19,889 nucleotides of DNA, taken from positions 1-19,889 of the forward strand of contig JBMFMV010000032.1 in NCBI GenBank assembly GCA_049970495.1, given 5' to 3'. Shown here one piece after another: positions 8,283 to 16,911 of this stretch. The DNA comes from a bacterium (GTDB lineage Bacteria > DUMJ01). Position numbers and translations under genes: made by a program. The notes beneath the pieces are model-generated. The model was not told the origin of the DNA and made no database searches. It was given only the letters and a program-made list of their open reading frames with translations. How positions within the stretch are numbered: the first letter of the stretch is position 1; every line of letters starts with the position of its first letter.

Positions 8283-8879
8283 ATGAGATTTAATATCTTA
8301 AATTTATTGTTAAGCATACCAGCTATTCTAATAGCTATTACGTTCCATGAATATGCGCATGGATGGGCAGCATATAAGTTAGGGGATCCTACCCCAAAAT
8401 TTTATGGTAGGTTGACATTAAATCCACTTGCTCATCTAGACCTTATAGGAACTGTTATGCTTCTTATCTTTAGATTTGGTTGGGCAAAGCCAGTACCTAT
8501 AAATCCAAACAACTTTTCTAATTATAAGAGAGATACAATATTAGTTTCTATAGCCGGACCTACGGCTAATTTCCTTTTGGCTATAGTATTTGCATTGATA
8601 GGACGTACATTTATGTCTCTTTATATAATACCTTTGAATGCATTTTTATCTATAAGTATCTACATAAACATAGCCCTTGCTGTTTTTAACCTTATACCAA
8701 TCCCTCCTTTAGATGGATCTAGACTTTTGTTACTTCTTCTACCTTATCGGTATATGTATATAGCGGATTTTTTAGAACAGTACGGATTTATAGTTATAAT
8801 AATATTAATAACATTTACCAATTTTATAAGTTTAATAGTGACTCCAATAGTAAATTGGCTATTTAACATATTTATATAG
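8283..8879 (+). CDS. Site-2 protease family (peptidase M50) membrane metalloprotease
   Basis: 198 aa, hydrophobic. HEYAH, GDPTP, GRLTLNP, GWAKPVP, AGP, FNLIPIPPLDG. Confidence 0.93.
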   Translation: MRFNILNLLLSIPAILIAITFHEYAHGWAAYKLGDPTPKFYGRLTLNPLAHLDLIGTVMLLIFRFGWAKPVPINPNNFSNYKRDTILVSIAGPTANFLLAIVFALIGRTFMSLYIIPLNAFLSISIYINIALAVFNLIPIPPLDGSRLLLLLLPYRYMYIADFLEQYGFIVIIILITFTNFISLIVTPIVNWLFNIFI

Positions 8880-8897
8880 GTAATGGAGGCTTGAGAT

Positions 8898-9890
8898 ATG
8901 GAGAGAGTTTTGAGCGGTATAAGACCAACAGGTAAAATGCATCTTGGTAATTATTTTGGAGCTGCCATAAACTGGGTAAAGATGCAAGATGAATACGAAT
9001 GTTTCTTCCCTATAGTAGATTGGCATGCACTCACTACTAGATATGAGGATATTTCGACATTGTCCCAAGATGTATGGGATCTAATACTTGATCTATTAAG
9101 CATAGGGATAGATCCAGAAAAGAGTGCTCTATTTATACAATCTTTATCTCCAGACCATGCAGAGCTACATATTTTGCTCTCTATGATTACCCCTATAAGT
9201 TGGTTGGAAAGAAATCCTACTTTAAAAGATATGGCTAGAAACCTTGATATAAGAGAGAATTTAAATTATGGACTCTTAGGATACCCTGTACTTATGAGCG
9301 CAGATATTCTTTTATATAAGGCAACTGTGGTCCCAGTTGGAGCGGATCAAATTCCCCATTTAGAGTTAGCTAGAGAGATAGCTCGAAGGTTTAACTACCT
9401 TTATGGAGAAGTCTTCCCCGAACCTCAGCCAAAACTTACTGAAGGTGCCATATTCCCGGGTATTGATGGTAGAAAGATGAGTAAGAGCTATAACAACTAT
9501 ATTGGGGTAACTGAAGAGCCAGAAAGTGTTAAAGAAAAGGTTATGGCAACTATTACAGACCCTCAGAAAATTAGGCTTAAAGATAAGGGCCACCCAGAGG
9601 TGTGCAATATTTTTACATTTCACAAGTTCTTTACCAAAGAATTAGATATAGTAGAGAAAGAATGCAGAAATGGAGATAGAGGATGTGTAGCATGTAAAAA
9701 TGAGCTGTATAATAACTTAATTAACTACTTTGCTCCTATAAGAGAGAAGAGAAATTATTTGCAGGCACATCTTGACCTTGTAAAAGAGATCGTAAGGAAT
9801 GGGCAAGAAAAAGCCAGAAAAGTCTCCTCTGCTACTATCCAAGAGGTGAGAGAGCATATGGGGATGTCATACGGCTTCAGAAGTATTTAG
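8898..9890 (+). CDS. trpS: Tryptophan--tRNA ligase
   Basis: SGIRPTG..HLGN (HIGH-like), DWHALT, YPVLMSADIL, VPVGADQ, KMSKS. SD GGAGG upstream. Confidence 0.97.
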   Translation: MERVLSGIRPTGKMHLGNYFGAAINWVKMQDEYECFFPIVDWHALTTRYEDISTLSQDVWDLILDLLSIGIDPEKSALFIQSLSPDHAELHILLSMITPISWLERNPTLKDMARNLDIRENLNYGLLGYPVLMSADILLYKATVVPVGADQIPHLELAREIARRFNYLYGEVFPEPQPKLTEGAIFPGIDGRKMSKSYNNYIGVTEEPESVKEKVMATITDPQKIRLKDKGHPEVCNIFTFHKFFTKELDIVEKECRNGDRGCVACKNELYNNLINYFAPIREKRNYLQAHLDLVKEIVRNGQEKARKVSSATIQEVREHMGMSYGFRSI

Positions 9891-10564
9891 CTAACTGCGG
9901 AATAGCTTCAAGAAGGAAGGCAGAAGAACTTATAAAGTCGGGAAGAGTAAAAGTTAATGGTGTTGTTGCCAAAATAGGCGACAAGGTGGATCCGGATGTA
10001 GATCTAGTTGAATTTGATAATACCATACTTAAACCAGTAAAGAAGGAGTACTTTGTGCTAAATAAACCAAAGGATTCGATAACTACTATGTCCGATCCTC
10101 AAGGTAGGATTACTATTGTGGATTTACTAAAGAGAAGTGACTTATTTCATGTGGGAAGACTTGATAAGGATACCCGAGGATTACTTATACTTACAAATGA
10201 CGGTGATCTGGCAAACAGATTATTGCATCCCAAATATGAGGTAGAAAGAAAGTATGTGGTGACAGTTAAGGGGGAGGTAGACAGTGATAAAATAGAGAAA
10301 TTACGTAAGGGTATAGACCTGGAAGATGGTCCTGCTAGATTTGATAAGATTAGGATGATAAAAATTAAAGGTGATAAAAGTATTTTAGAAGTCTCCCTTC
10401 ATGAAGGTAGAAAGAGGATGATTAGAAGAATGTTTGAAGCTATAGGAAACCCTGTGTTAGACTTAGTTCGTATACAGTTTGGTCCTATATGCTTGGGAAA
10501 TTTAAAGGAAGGAGAATTAAGGCCTCTTACTAGAGAGGAGTTAGAAAAATTAAGATGTCTTTAA
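9869..10564 (+). CDS. rluB: rRNA pseudouridine synthase (RluB/RsuA family) with S4 domain; start codon non-canonical or uncertain
   Basis: The ORF track begins at GTG 9986, but the same frame reads [33 protein letters not shown] from 9869, an S4 domain. Catalytic GRLD, [8 protein letters not shown], HPKY and EGRKR are present. Confidence 0.85.
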   Translation: [231 protein letters not shown]

Positions 10565-11247
10565 TAAATATCGCTTTAGATGGGCCTGCAGGTGCAGGAA
10601 AGAGCACAGTAGGGAAAATAGTATCTCTTAGGCTATCTTATGATTATTTAGATACAGGTATGATATATAGGAGTATCGCCTGGTGGTTTTCTGCTATGGG
10701 ATGGGAGGAGGGGATGGATATCTTGCAACTTACCTCCGAGTTAGAAATTATCTCTGGGAGTGAACCAGGATTCTGTAGGATTGCTATTAATGGAATAGAG
10801 CCTCCTTTTGATAGAATATACTCTAGAGAGATAACTGAGCTATCTTCAAAAATCTCGGTACATAAAGAGATAAGAGATATAGTAAATAAGATAACTAGAG
10901 TTTTTGCTAAATTGAAGGGAATGGTTATAGAAGGAAGAGATATAGGGACAGTAGTACTACCAGAGGCTGAGGTAAAGATATTCCTGACAGCTTCAAACGA
11001 AGAATTGGCTAAAAGGAGATATAATGATCTTCAGAAGATGGGAGAAAAGGTCTCTTATGAGACAGTATTGTCAGAGATTATAGAGAGAAATACTAGGGAT
11101 AGTACTAGGGAAATAGCACCGCTTAAGGCGGCGCCTGATGCCGTCTATATAGATTCTACTAATCTAAAAATACAAGAAGTAGTAGATAGAATTCTACTAG
11201 TAGTGAAAGATAAGGTAACGGGATGTTTTACTGGATTGCATGGGTAA
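10555..11247 (+). CDS. cmk: Cytidylate kinase
   Basis: IALDGPAGAGKST, YLDTGMIYR, EGRDIGTVVLP, KIFLTAS, APL, IDST. Confidence 0.93.
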   Translation: MSLINIALDGPAGAGKSTVGKIVSLRLSYDYLDTGMIYRSIAWWFSAMGWEEGMDILQLTSELEIISGSEPGFCRIAINGIEPPFDRIYSREITELSSKISVHKEIRDIVNKITRVFAKLKGMVIEGRDIGTVVLPEAEVKIFLTASNEELAKRRYNDLQKMGEKVSYETVLSEIIERNTRDSTREIAPLKAAPDAVYIDSTNLKIQEVVDRILLVVKDKVTGCFTGLHG

Positions 11248-11801
11248 TACTTAGAACATTTCTTACGCTATTTTGTAGGTATAGAATAGAGGGTTTGGAG
11301 AACGTTCCTCGTGAAGGAGGAGTTATTTTAGTTGCTAATCACAGAGCTATGATGGATCCAATAGTTATAGGATGTAGTATCCATTTTAGAAGAACTTATT
11401 TTATGGCTAAGGAGGAACTTTTCAGATTTAAGCCATTTGCTTTTCTTATTAGGGCTTTGGGTGCATTTCCAGTAAAAAGGAAGAAAGTTGATAGGACTGC
11501 ACTATACACTGCAGAAGCCATACTTAGAGAAGGGAAATTGCTACTAATATTTGGTGAGGGGACAAGGAATCGGGACCTATCTAAAGTGTTAGGAGAATTG
11601 CATTCTGGTTTTGTGTATCTAGCTACAAAGACTAATGTTCCCGTAGTACCTGTATACACATTTAATACTCATCAAATTTTTTTTAAAATCTTCCGCTGGC
11701 CAAAGGTAATAGTCAGGTTTGGAAGACCTATAGTAGAAAAAGAAGACCTTTTAGAGAAAACAAGGTCTGCTCTTATTGAGCTTGGTGCGGGTGGTGAATA
11801 G
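11223..11801 (+). CDS. plsC: 1-acyl-sn-glycerol-3-phosphate acyltransferase
   Basis: NHxxxxD (NHRAMMD), FMAKEELF, GAFPVKR, EGTR, VPVVPV. The position after cmk is typical. Confidence 0.9.
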   Translation: MFYWIAWVILRTFLTLFCRYRIEGLENVPREGGVILVANHRAMMDPIVIGCSIHFRRTYFMAKEELFRFKPFAFLIRALGAFPVKRKKVDRTALYTAEAILREGKLLLIFGEGTRNRDLSKVLGELHSGFVYLATKTNVPVVPVYTFNTHQIFFKIFRWPKVIVRFGRPIVEKEDLLEKTRSALIELGAGGE

Positions 11802-13598
11802 ATGAGATTAGAAAATATAAGAAATTTTAGCATAATAGCACATATAGATCACGGGAAATCTACGCTAGCAGATAGGTTTTTAGAGAAAACCAATTCTATG
11901 CCTAAGAAAAAAGTTGCCGAAGAGCAAGTCCTTGATCAGATGGATCTAGAGAGAGAAAGGGGAATTACTATAAAGTCTCATCCCGTAAGGATGTATTATA
12001 TCTTAAATGAAGAAGAGTATGAATTACATCTTATCGATACACCAGGTCATGTGGATTTTTCTTATGAAGTATCTAGAAGTTTAGCCGCCTGTGAAGGAGC
12101 TATACTTGTAGTTGATGCAACTCAGGGGATAGAGGCGCAGACATTAGCTAACTATAATCTGGCTCTTGAGAACGGGTTAGTCTTGGTTCCAGTTATAAAT
12201 AAGATAGACCTTCCAGGAGCCGAAGTAGAGAGAGTAAAGAGACAATTGATAGATTCTTTAGGATTCTTAGAAAATGAGATACTCTTAGTTAGTGCTAAAG
12301 AGGGGATAGGGGTGGACGAATTACTAAGGACTATTATAGAAAGAATTCCACCACCAAAGGGAGATGTAAATAAAACTCTAGAGGCGTTGATATTTGATGC
12401 CTATTTTGATCCATACAGAGGGGTAGTGGTTTATACTAGAGTCTTTAACGGTATTGTAGAAAAAGGCATGAAGATTAAGATGATGTCAACTGGTGCAGTC
12501 TATGAGGTAGATGAAGTTGGCTATTTCTCCTTCGGATTACATCCAACAGATTCATTAAAGGCGGGAGAAGTTGGATACATCATAGCTAATATAAAAAATG
12601 TAAAGGATGCACAGGTAGGGGATACGATAACTGATGCTAATTCTCCTGTAGAAAAACCTCTTCCTGGATTTAAAAGAATAAAACCTATGGTCTATTGCGG
12701 ACTCTTCCCTCAGGAGTCTAATCAGTATGAGGACCTTAGAGAAAGCCTAGAAAAATTACAGTTAAATGATCCTGCATTAGTTTTCGAGCCAGAGAACTCA
12801 GAGGCTCTAGGTCCTGGATTTAGATGTGGCTTTCTAGGGACTCTACATATGGAAATAGTTGAGGAAAGGTTAGAAAGGGAATATGGAGTAAAATTGGTAG
12901 CTACTGCACCTAATGTTGTATACAGGGTATATACTAGGGATGGGAATGTCTTAGAGATAAATAATCCATCCCAGTTTCCACACTATGGCTTAATAGAGAA
13001 GGTAGAGGAACCATATGTTAAGGTGTCTATTATAAGCCCATCAGAATTCATAGGGTCAGTTATGGAGCTATGTCTTGGGAAAAGGGGGTCTCTTATAGAA
13101 ATGAACTATATAGACCCTATGAAGGTAGTATTCATATATGAACTACCCTTAAGCGAAGTAATATTTGACTTCTTTGACAAGTTGAAATCTGTAACTCGTG
13201 GTTATGCATCTTTAGATTACGAACCTATAGGATTTAGAGAGTCTGATCTAGTAAAACTAGAGGTACTTGTGAAAGGCGAACCAGTAGATGCTCTAAGTAT
13301 TATTACTCACAGGGATGAAGCAGAGAGAAAGGGTAGAGAGATAGTTAAAAGATTGAGGGCTCTTATACCTAGACAGCTCTTTGAAATCCCTATTCAGGCC
13401 TCAGTAAATGGTAAAATTATAGCTAGGGAGAATATTCCGCCATTAAAAAAGAATGTATTACAAAAATGTTATGGAGGGGATGTTACTAGAAAGAAGAAGT
13501 TATTGGAAAAACAAAAGGAAGGGAAAAAAAGACTGAAACAGATAGGGCAGGTAGAGGTTCCTCAAGAGGCATTTTTAGCTATCCTTAAAAGTGAATAA
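11802..13598 (+). CDS. lepA: Translation elongation factor 4 (LepA)
   Basis: [55 protein letters not shown]. 598 aa. Confidence 0.98.
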   Translation: MRLENIRNFSIIAHIDHGKSTLADRFLEKTNSMPKKKVAEEQVLDQMDLERERGITIKSHPVRMYYILNEEEYELHLIDTPGHVDFSYEVSRSLAACEGAILVVDATQGIEAQTLANYNLALENGLVLVPVINKIDLPGAEVERVKRQLIDSLGFLENEILLVSAKEGIGVDELLRTIIERIPPPKGDVNKTLEALIFDAYFDPYRGVVVYTRVFNGIVEKGMKIKMMSTGAVYEVDEVGYFSFGLHPTDSLKAGEVGYIIANIKNVKDAQVGDTITDANSPVEKPLPGFKRIKPMVYCGLFPQESNQYEDLRESLEKLQLNDPALVFEPENSEALGPGFRCGFLGTLHMEIVEERLEREYGVKLVATAPNVVYRVYTRDGNVLEINNPSQFPHYGLIEKVEEPYVKVSIISPSEFIGSVMELCLGKRGSLIEMNYIDPMKVVFIYELPLSEVIFDFFDKLKSVTRGYASLDYEPIGFRESDLVKLEVLVKGEPVDALSIITHRDEAERKGREIVKRLRALIPRQLFEIPIQASVNGKIIARENIPPLKKNVLQKCYGGDVTRKKKLLEKQKEGKKRLKQIGQVEVPQEAFLAILKSE

Positions 13599-14721
13599 AA
13601 TAGCCATTTATATCCATATACCATTCTGTATAAAAAAATGTTTATACTGTGATTTTTTCTCTTTTAGATTCGATATATCTCTTTTTCACCAATATACCAA
13701 GGCTCTTATAAAAGAGTTAAAGTTGAATCTAAATAAAGACTATTCTGTAAGAACTATATATTTAGGAGGTGGGACTCCAAGTATCCTTCCTTTAGACGAT
13801 CTTGAAGATATCATAGAGACTATTTTTAAGTTAGTAAAAGTAGAAGAAGATTTTGAATTTACTATTGAGGTAAATCCAGGGACAATAGATAGGGAAAAAT
13901 TAAAGGAATATAGAAACTTTGGGATAAATCGAATAAGTATTGGGATCCAGTCTCTCAATGACGAAGAGCTAAAAGTTTTAGGCAGGATTCATTCTTCTAA
14001 AGAAGCGCTAGAGGCTTTAGATATGGCTATAAGTGTAGGCTTTGAGAATATAAACGCAGACCTAATATATGGAATTCCAAACCAAACTTTAGAAAGCTGG
14101 AGAGATACTTTGGGAAAGACGCTGAAAAGAGAAGAACTTACTCATATATCTATATATGGGCTTATGTATGAACCGGGAACTCCCTTATATAAAGCTCTTA
14201 TTAATGGTAAGATAGAACCTATGTCTGAAGACATAGAAGTTGAGATATTTAACGTAGCCCAAGAAATTTTGAGTAAATACGGATTTATATGGTATGAGAT
14301 ATCCAATTATGCTAAGAAGGGTTATGAGTGTAGGCACAATTTGACTTACTGGAGAGGAGAGAATTATTTAGGATTTGGTCCTTCAGCTCATTCTCTCATA
14401 GGCAATATCAGATATTCTAATACTCCTAATATAAAAGCTTATGTAGAGTTGTTACTCAACAATAAGACCCCTAAGATCTGGGAAGAAAAACTTTCACCTT
14501 TAGAAAAGGCAAAAGAATTAGTTATATTAGGACTGAGATTGAGAGAAGGAATATCACTTGGCGTAGTTTATAAAAGAACAGGGATAAATATAGAGGGTAT
14601 CTTTTCAGAAAGTATAAAGAAACTTGTCTCTCAAGGACTGCTTTACAAAAGAGAGGACAGAATAGCATTGACAGAAAAAGGCAGATTGTTGGGAAATTTA
14701 GTCTTTGAGGAATTTTATTAA
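13591..14721 (+). CDS. hemW: Radical SAM heme chaperone HemW (HemN-like)
   Basis: YIHIPFC, CxxxCxxC (CIKKCLYC), GGGTPS, YEISNYA, HNLTYW. GTG start overlapping lepA; lepA-hemW adjacency is typical. Confidence 0.9.
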   Translation: MNKIAIYIHIPFCIKKCLYCDFFSFRFDISLFHQYTKALIKELKLNLNKDYSVRTIYLGGGTPSILPLDDLEDIIETIFKLVKVEEDFEFTIEVNPGTIDREKLKEYRNFGINRISIGIQSLNDEELKVLGRIHSSKEALEALDMAISVGFENINADLIYGIPNQTLESWRDTLGKTLKREELTHISIYGLMYEPGTPLYKALINGKIEPMSEDIEVEIFNVAQEILSKYGFIWYEISNYAKKGYECRHNLTYWRGENYLGFGPSAHSLIGNIRYSNTPNIKAYVELLLNNKTPKIWEEKLSPLEKAKELVILGLRLREGISLGVVYKRTGINIEGIFSESIKKLVSQGLLYKREDRIALTEKGRLLGNLVFEEFY

Positions 14722-14727
14722 ACCTTA

Positions 14728-14736
14728 TGGTACAAT
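14728..14736 (+). promoter_or_regulatory. Extended -10 promoter (TGnTACAAT)
   Basis: TG-G-TACAAT just after the hemW stop. SD AAGGAGGT at 14759-14766 precedes ATG 14773. Confidence 0.6.
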
Positions 14737-14772
14737 ATAAAACAACTAGATTAGGTACAAGGAGGTATTCTC

Positions 14773-15606
14773 ATGGAAGAAAATATAAAAATACCTGAGA
14801 TAGAGATAGCTGGGGTTAAGGTTTCCCGTCTTATTTGTGGTACTAATACATTTAATGGTTATTCTCACTTTTCCAAAGCAAAAGACGAATGGTTAAAGAG
14901 ATATTTTACTGTTGAGAGGATTGTAGAGGTCTTAGAAAAGTGTCAGGAATTAGGAGTAACAGCTCTTTTGGGTCCCATTAATGAAAAGACCTGTCAAGTT
15001 CAGGAAGAATTGAAAAAGAGAGGAAAACAGCCTATGGTATGGATTTCAACGACTTTAGGTTGGTTAGAGAAGGAAAAACTCAAGGAGGAGACTAAGATTG
15101 CTAGTGAAGTAGGTAATAAACTTCACGCTATACATTGCAGTTTTGTGGATTCTCATTTGGTATCTTCTAAAAACAGGATTGAAGACATAGAAGACCTATT
15201 AGCTTATATAAGAGAGCTGGGGATGATTCCAGGGATAAGTACCCATAGACCTGAAACCTTGACAGTGCTTGCTAACAGCAATTATGATATAGAATTCGTA
15301 ATATTGCCATTTAACTCTATTGGCTTTTTGTCCAATCTAGAAGTTAACTGGATAGCTAAGATGATAAGAGAATCCCCTAAGCCCATAATAATTATTAAAC
15401 CACTAGCTGCTGGACGACTTATGCCAGAACAAGGCATCCCTTTTGTTTTAGATAATATAAAAAAGATAGACGCTGTGGCTATAGGAGTTATGAGTCCAGA
15501 AGAGGTAGAAGAAGATGTAACAATATTCTTAGATACGCTAAGGAATATACATACTGAAAGGGATTTACTTAGTACTCCGAGTAAGTCTACAGTAACGCTA
15601 AGATAA
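14773..15606 (+). CDS. Conserved hypothetical protein, aldo/keto-reductase-like TIM barrel
   Basis: 277 aa. AKR-like VSRLICG, GISTH, PFN, KPLAAGRL. No recognisable DTA..YG catalytic segment. Confidence 0.65.
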   Translation: MEENIKIPEIEIAGVKVSRLICGTNTFNGYSHFSKAKDEWLKRYFTVERIVEVLEKCQELGVTALLGPINEKTCQVQEELKKRGKQPMVWISTTLGWLEKEKLKEETKIASEVGNKLHAIHCSFVDSHLVSSKNRIEDIEDLLAYIRELGMIPGISTHRPETLTVLANSNYDIEFVILPFNSIGFLSNLEVNWIAKMIRESPKPIIIIKPLAAGRLMPEQGIPFVLDNIKKIDAVAIGVMSPEEVEEDVTIFLDTLRNIHTERDLLSTPSKSTVTLR

Positions 15607-15675
15607 AAGTTTGCGATCTAACTACAGCAGATAAACTTCCAGATAAAATGGGCATCAAGAAGGGTTTTAGTGTAG

Positions 15676-15681
15676 TATAAT
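15676..15681 (+). promoter_or_regulatory. Consensus -10 box (TATAAT) upstream of the HD-protein gene
   Basis: TATAAT about 30 nt before TTG 15711, with SD AAGGAG at 15698-15703. No clear -35. Confidence 0.45.
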
Positions 15682-15710
15682 GGAAGAAATTTTTAGAAAG
15701 GAGTGAGACT

Positions 15711-16259
15711 TTGGATAGAGAGTTTGCACTTTCTTTACTAAATAGGTATGTAAAATCAGATAATCTAAAGAAACATATGCTTGCAACTGAAGCTATAATG
15801 AGAGTTTTAGCTAAAAAGTTTAGTCAAGATGAAGATACTTGGGGCATAGCTGGTCTTATACATGATATAGACTATGAGTTGTGTGGAGACGACACATCTA
15901 AACATGGGGTATTGTCAGAGGATATACTTAGAGAAGCCAATTTCCCAGAAGAGATTATAGGAGCAGTAAAGGCACATGTAAAAGGTGTAGAGGTTGATAG
16001 TAATCCAATGCATATAGCCTTATGTGCTGCGGATGCGGTAAATGGTCTTATAATTGCAGGGGCTCTAATAAAGCCAGAGAAGAGTCTAAATGCTATAGAT
16101 ACTAAATTTATAATGAAGAGATTTAAAGAGAAAGCATTTGCAAGAGGAGCAAATAGAGAAGAAATAAGACTTTGTGAGAAACTTGGATTAAGCCTAGAAG
16201 AATTTATAACAATTTCTCTTACTGCTATGCAGGAAATCCATGAAGAACTAGGATTATAA
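15711..16259 (+). CDS. HD (HDIG) domain metal-dependent phosphohydrolase
   Basis: KHMLATEA, W..AGLIHDIDYE, H..H..D motifs, KRFKEKAFARGANRE. TTG start with a strong SD. Confidence 0.88.
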   Translation: MDREFALSLLNRYVKSDNLKKHMLATEAIMRVLAKKFSQDEDTWGIAGLIHDIDYELCGDDTSKHGVLSEDILREANFPEEIIGAVKAHVKGVEVDSNPMHIALCAADAVNGLIIAGALIKPEKSLNAIDTKFIMKRFKEKAFARGANREEIRLCEKLGLSLEEFITISLTAMQEIHEELGL

Positions 16260-16269
16260 GGAGGTATTT

Positions 16270-16911
16270 ATGGATACTAGTAGGGATTGGTATAAAGGAT
16301 TGTTAATGGAAAGAGTGGTGGAAAATTTAAAGAAGAGGGGGTTTAATGCATTTTGGAGTAGGACTAAAGAGGAGGCTAAGGATAAGTTATTAGCGATTAT
16401 CCCTAAGACAGCTAAAGTTGGTATAGGAGGTTCTGTAACTATAAGGGAGTTAGGTATAATAGATGAACTGACAAATAGGGGAAACATAGTGGTGCATCAT
16501 TGGAAATCAGGGCTTTCTTCAGATGAAGACTTCCAGATTAGAAGAGAGGAATTGATTACCGATGTATTCTTAGCTAGTACTAATGCTATTACAATAGATG
16601 GGGTCATAATAAATACTGATGGGGTAGGAAATAGAGTAGCAGGGATGATATTTGGTCCAAAACATGTTATCTTAGTAACAGGAATTAACAAGATAGTTAA
16701 AGATATAGATGAGGCGATATGGAGGATAAAGAATATTGCTACTCCTATGAATGCTCATAGATTAGGATTAAATACTCCTTGTGCGAAGCTTGGCTACTGT
16801 ATAAATTGCTCTTCTAATGTGAGTATTTGTAGAGTAACCACTATAATTGAGCATAAACCTTCTAAAACAGACTTTACTATAATTCTAGTAGCTGAAGAGT
16901 TAGGCTATTAA
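16270..16911 (+). CDS. LUD-domain (LutC/YkgG, DUF162) 'lactate utilization' protein
   Basis: GIGGSVT, DVFLASTNAIT.DG, NTDGVGNRVA, FGPK, GINKIV, C-x5-C-x2-C-x6-C, EELGY. SD AAGGAGGT. Confidence 0.88.
   Translation: MDTSRDWYKGLLMERVVENLKKRGFNAFWSRTKEEAKDKLLAIIPKTAKVGIGGSVTIRELGIIDELTNRGNIVVHHWKSGLSSDEDFQIRREELITDVFLASTNAITIDGVIINTDGVGNRVAGMIFGPKHVILVTGINKIVKDIDEAIWRIKNIATPMNAHRLGLNTPCAKLGYCINCSSNVSICRVTTIIEHKPSKTDFTIILVAEELGY

Noticed and set aside
8118..8897. T-box riboswitch for trpS
   Set aside because: No T-box consensus (AGGGTGGNACC) is present, and only 18 nt separate trpS from the protease gene.
9986..10564. rluB as a truncated pseudogene starting at GTG 9986
   Set aside because: The upstream in-frame S4 domain is intact, with no stops.
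15601..15650. Three AGATAAA copies near the end of the AKR-like gene
   Set aside because: Short, AT-rich and irregularly spaced; compatible with chance.
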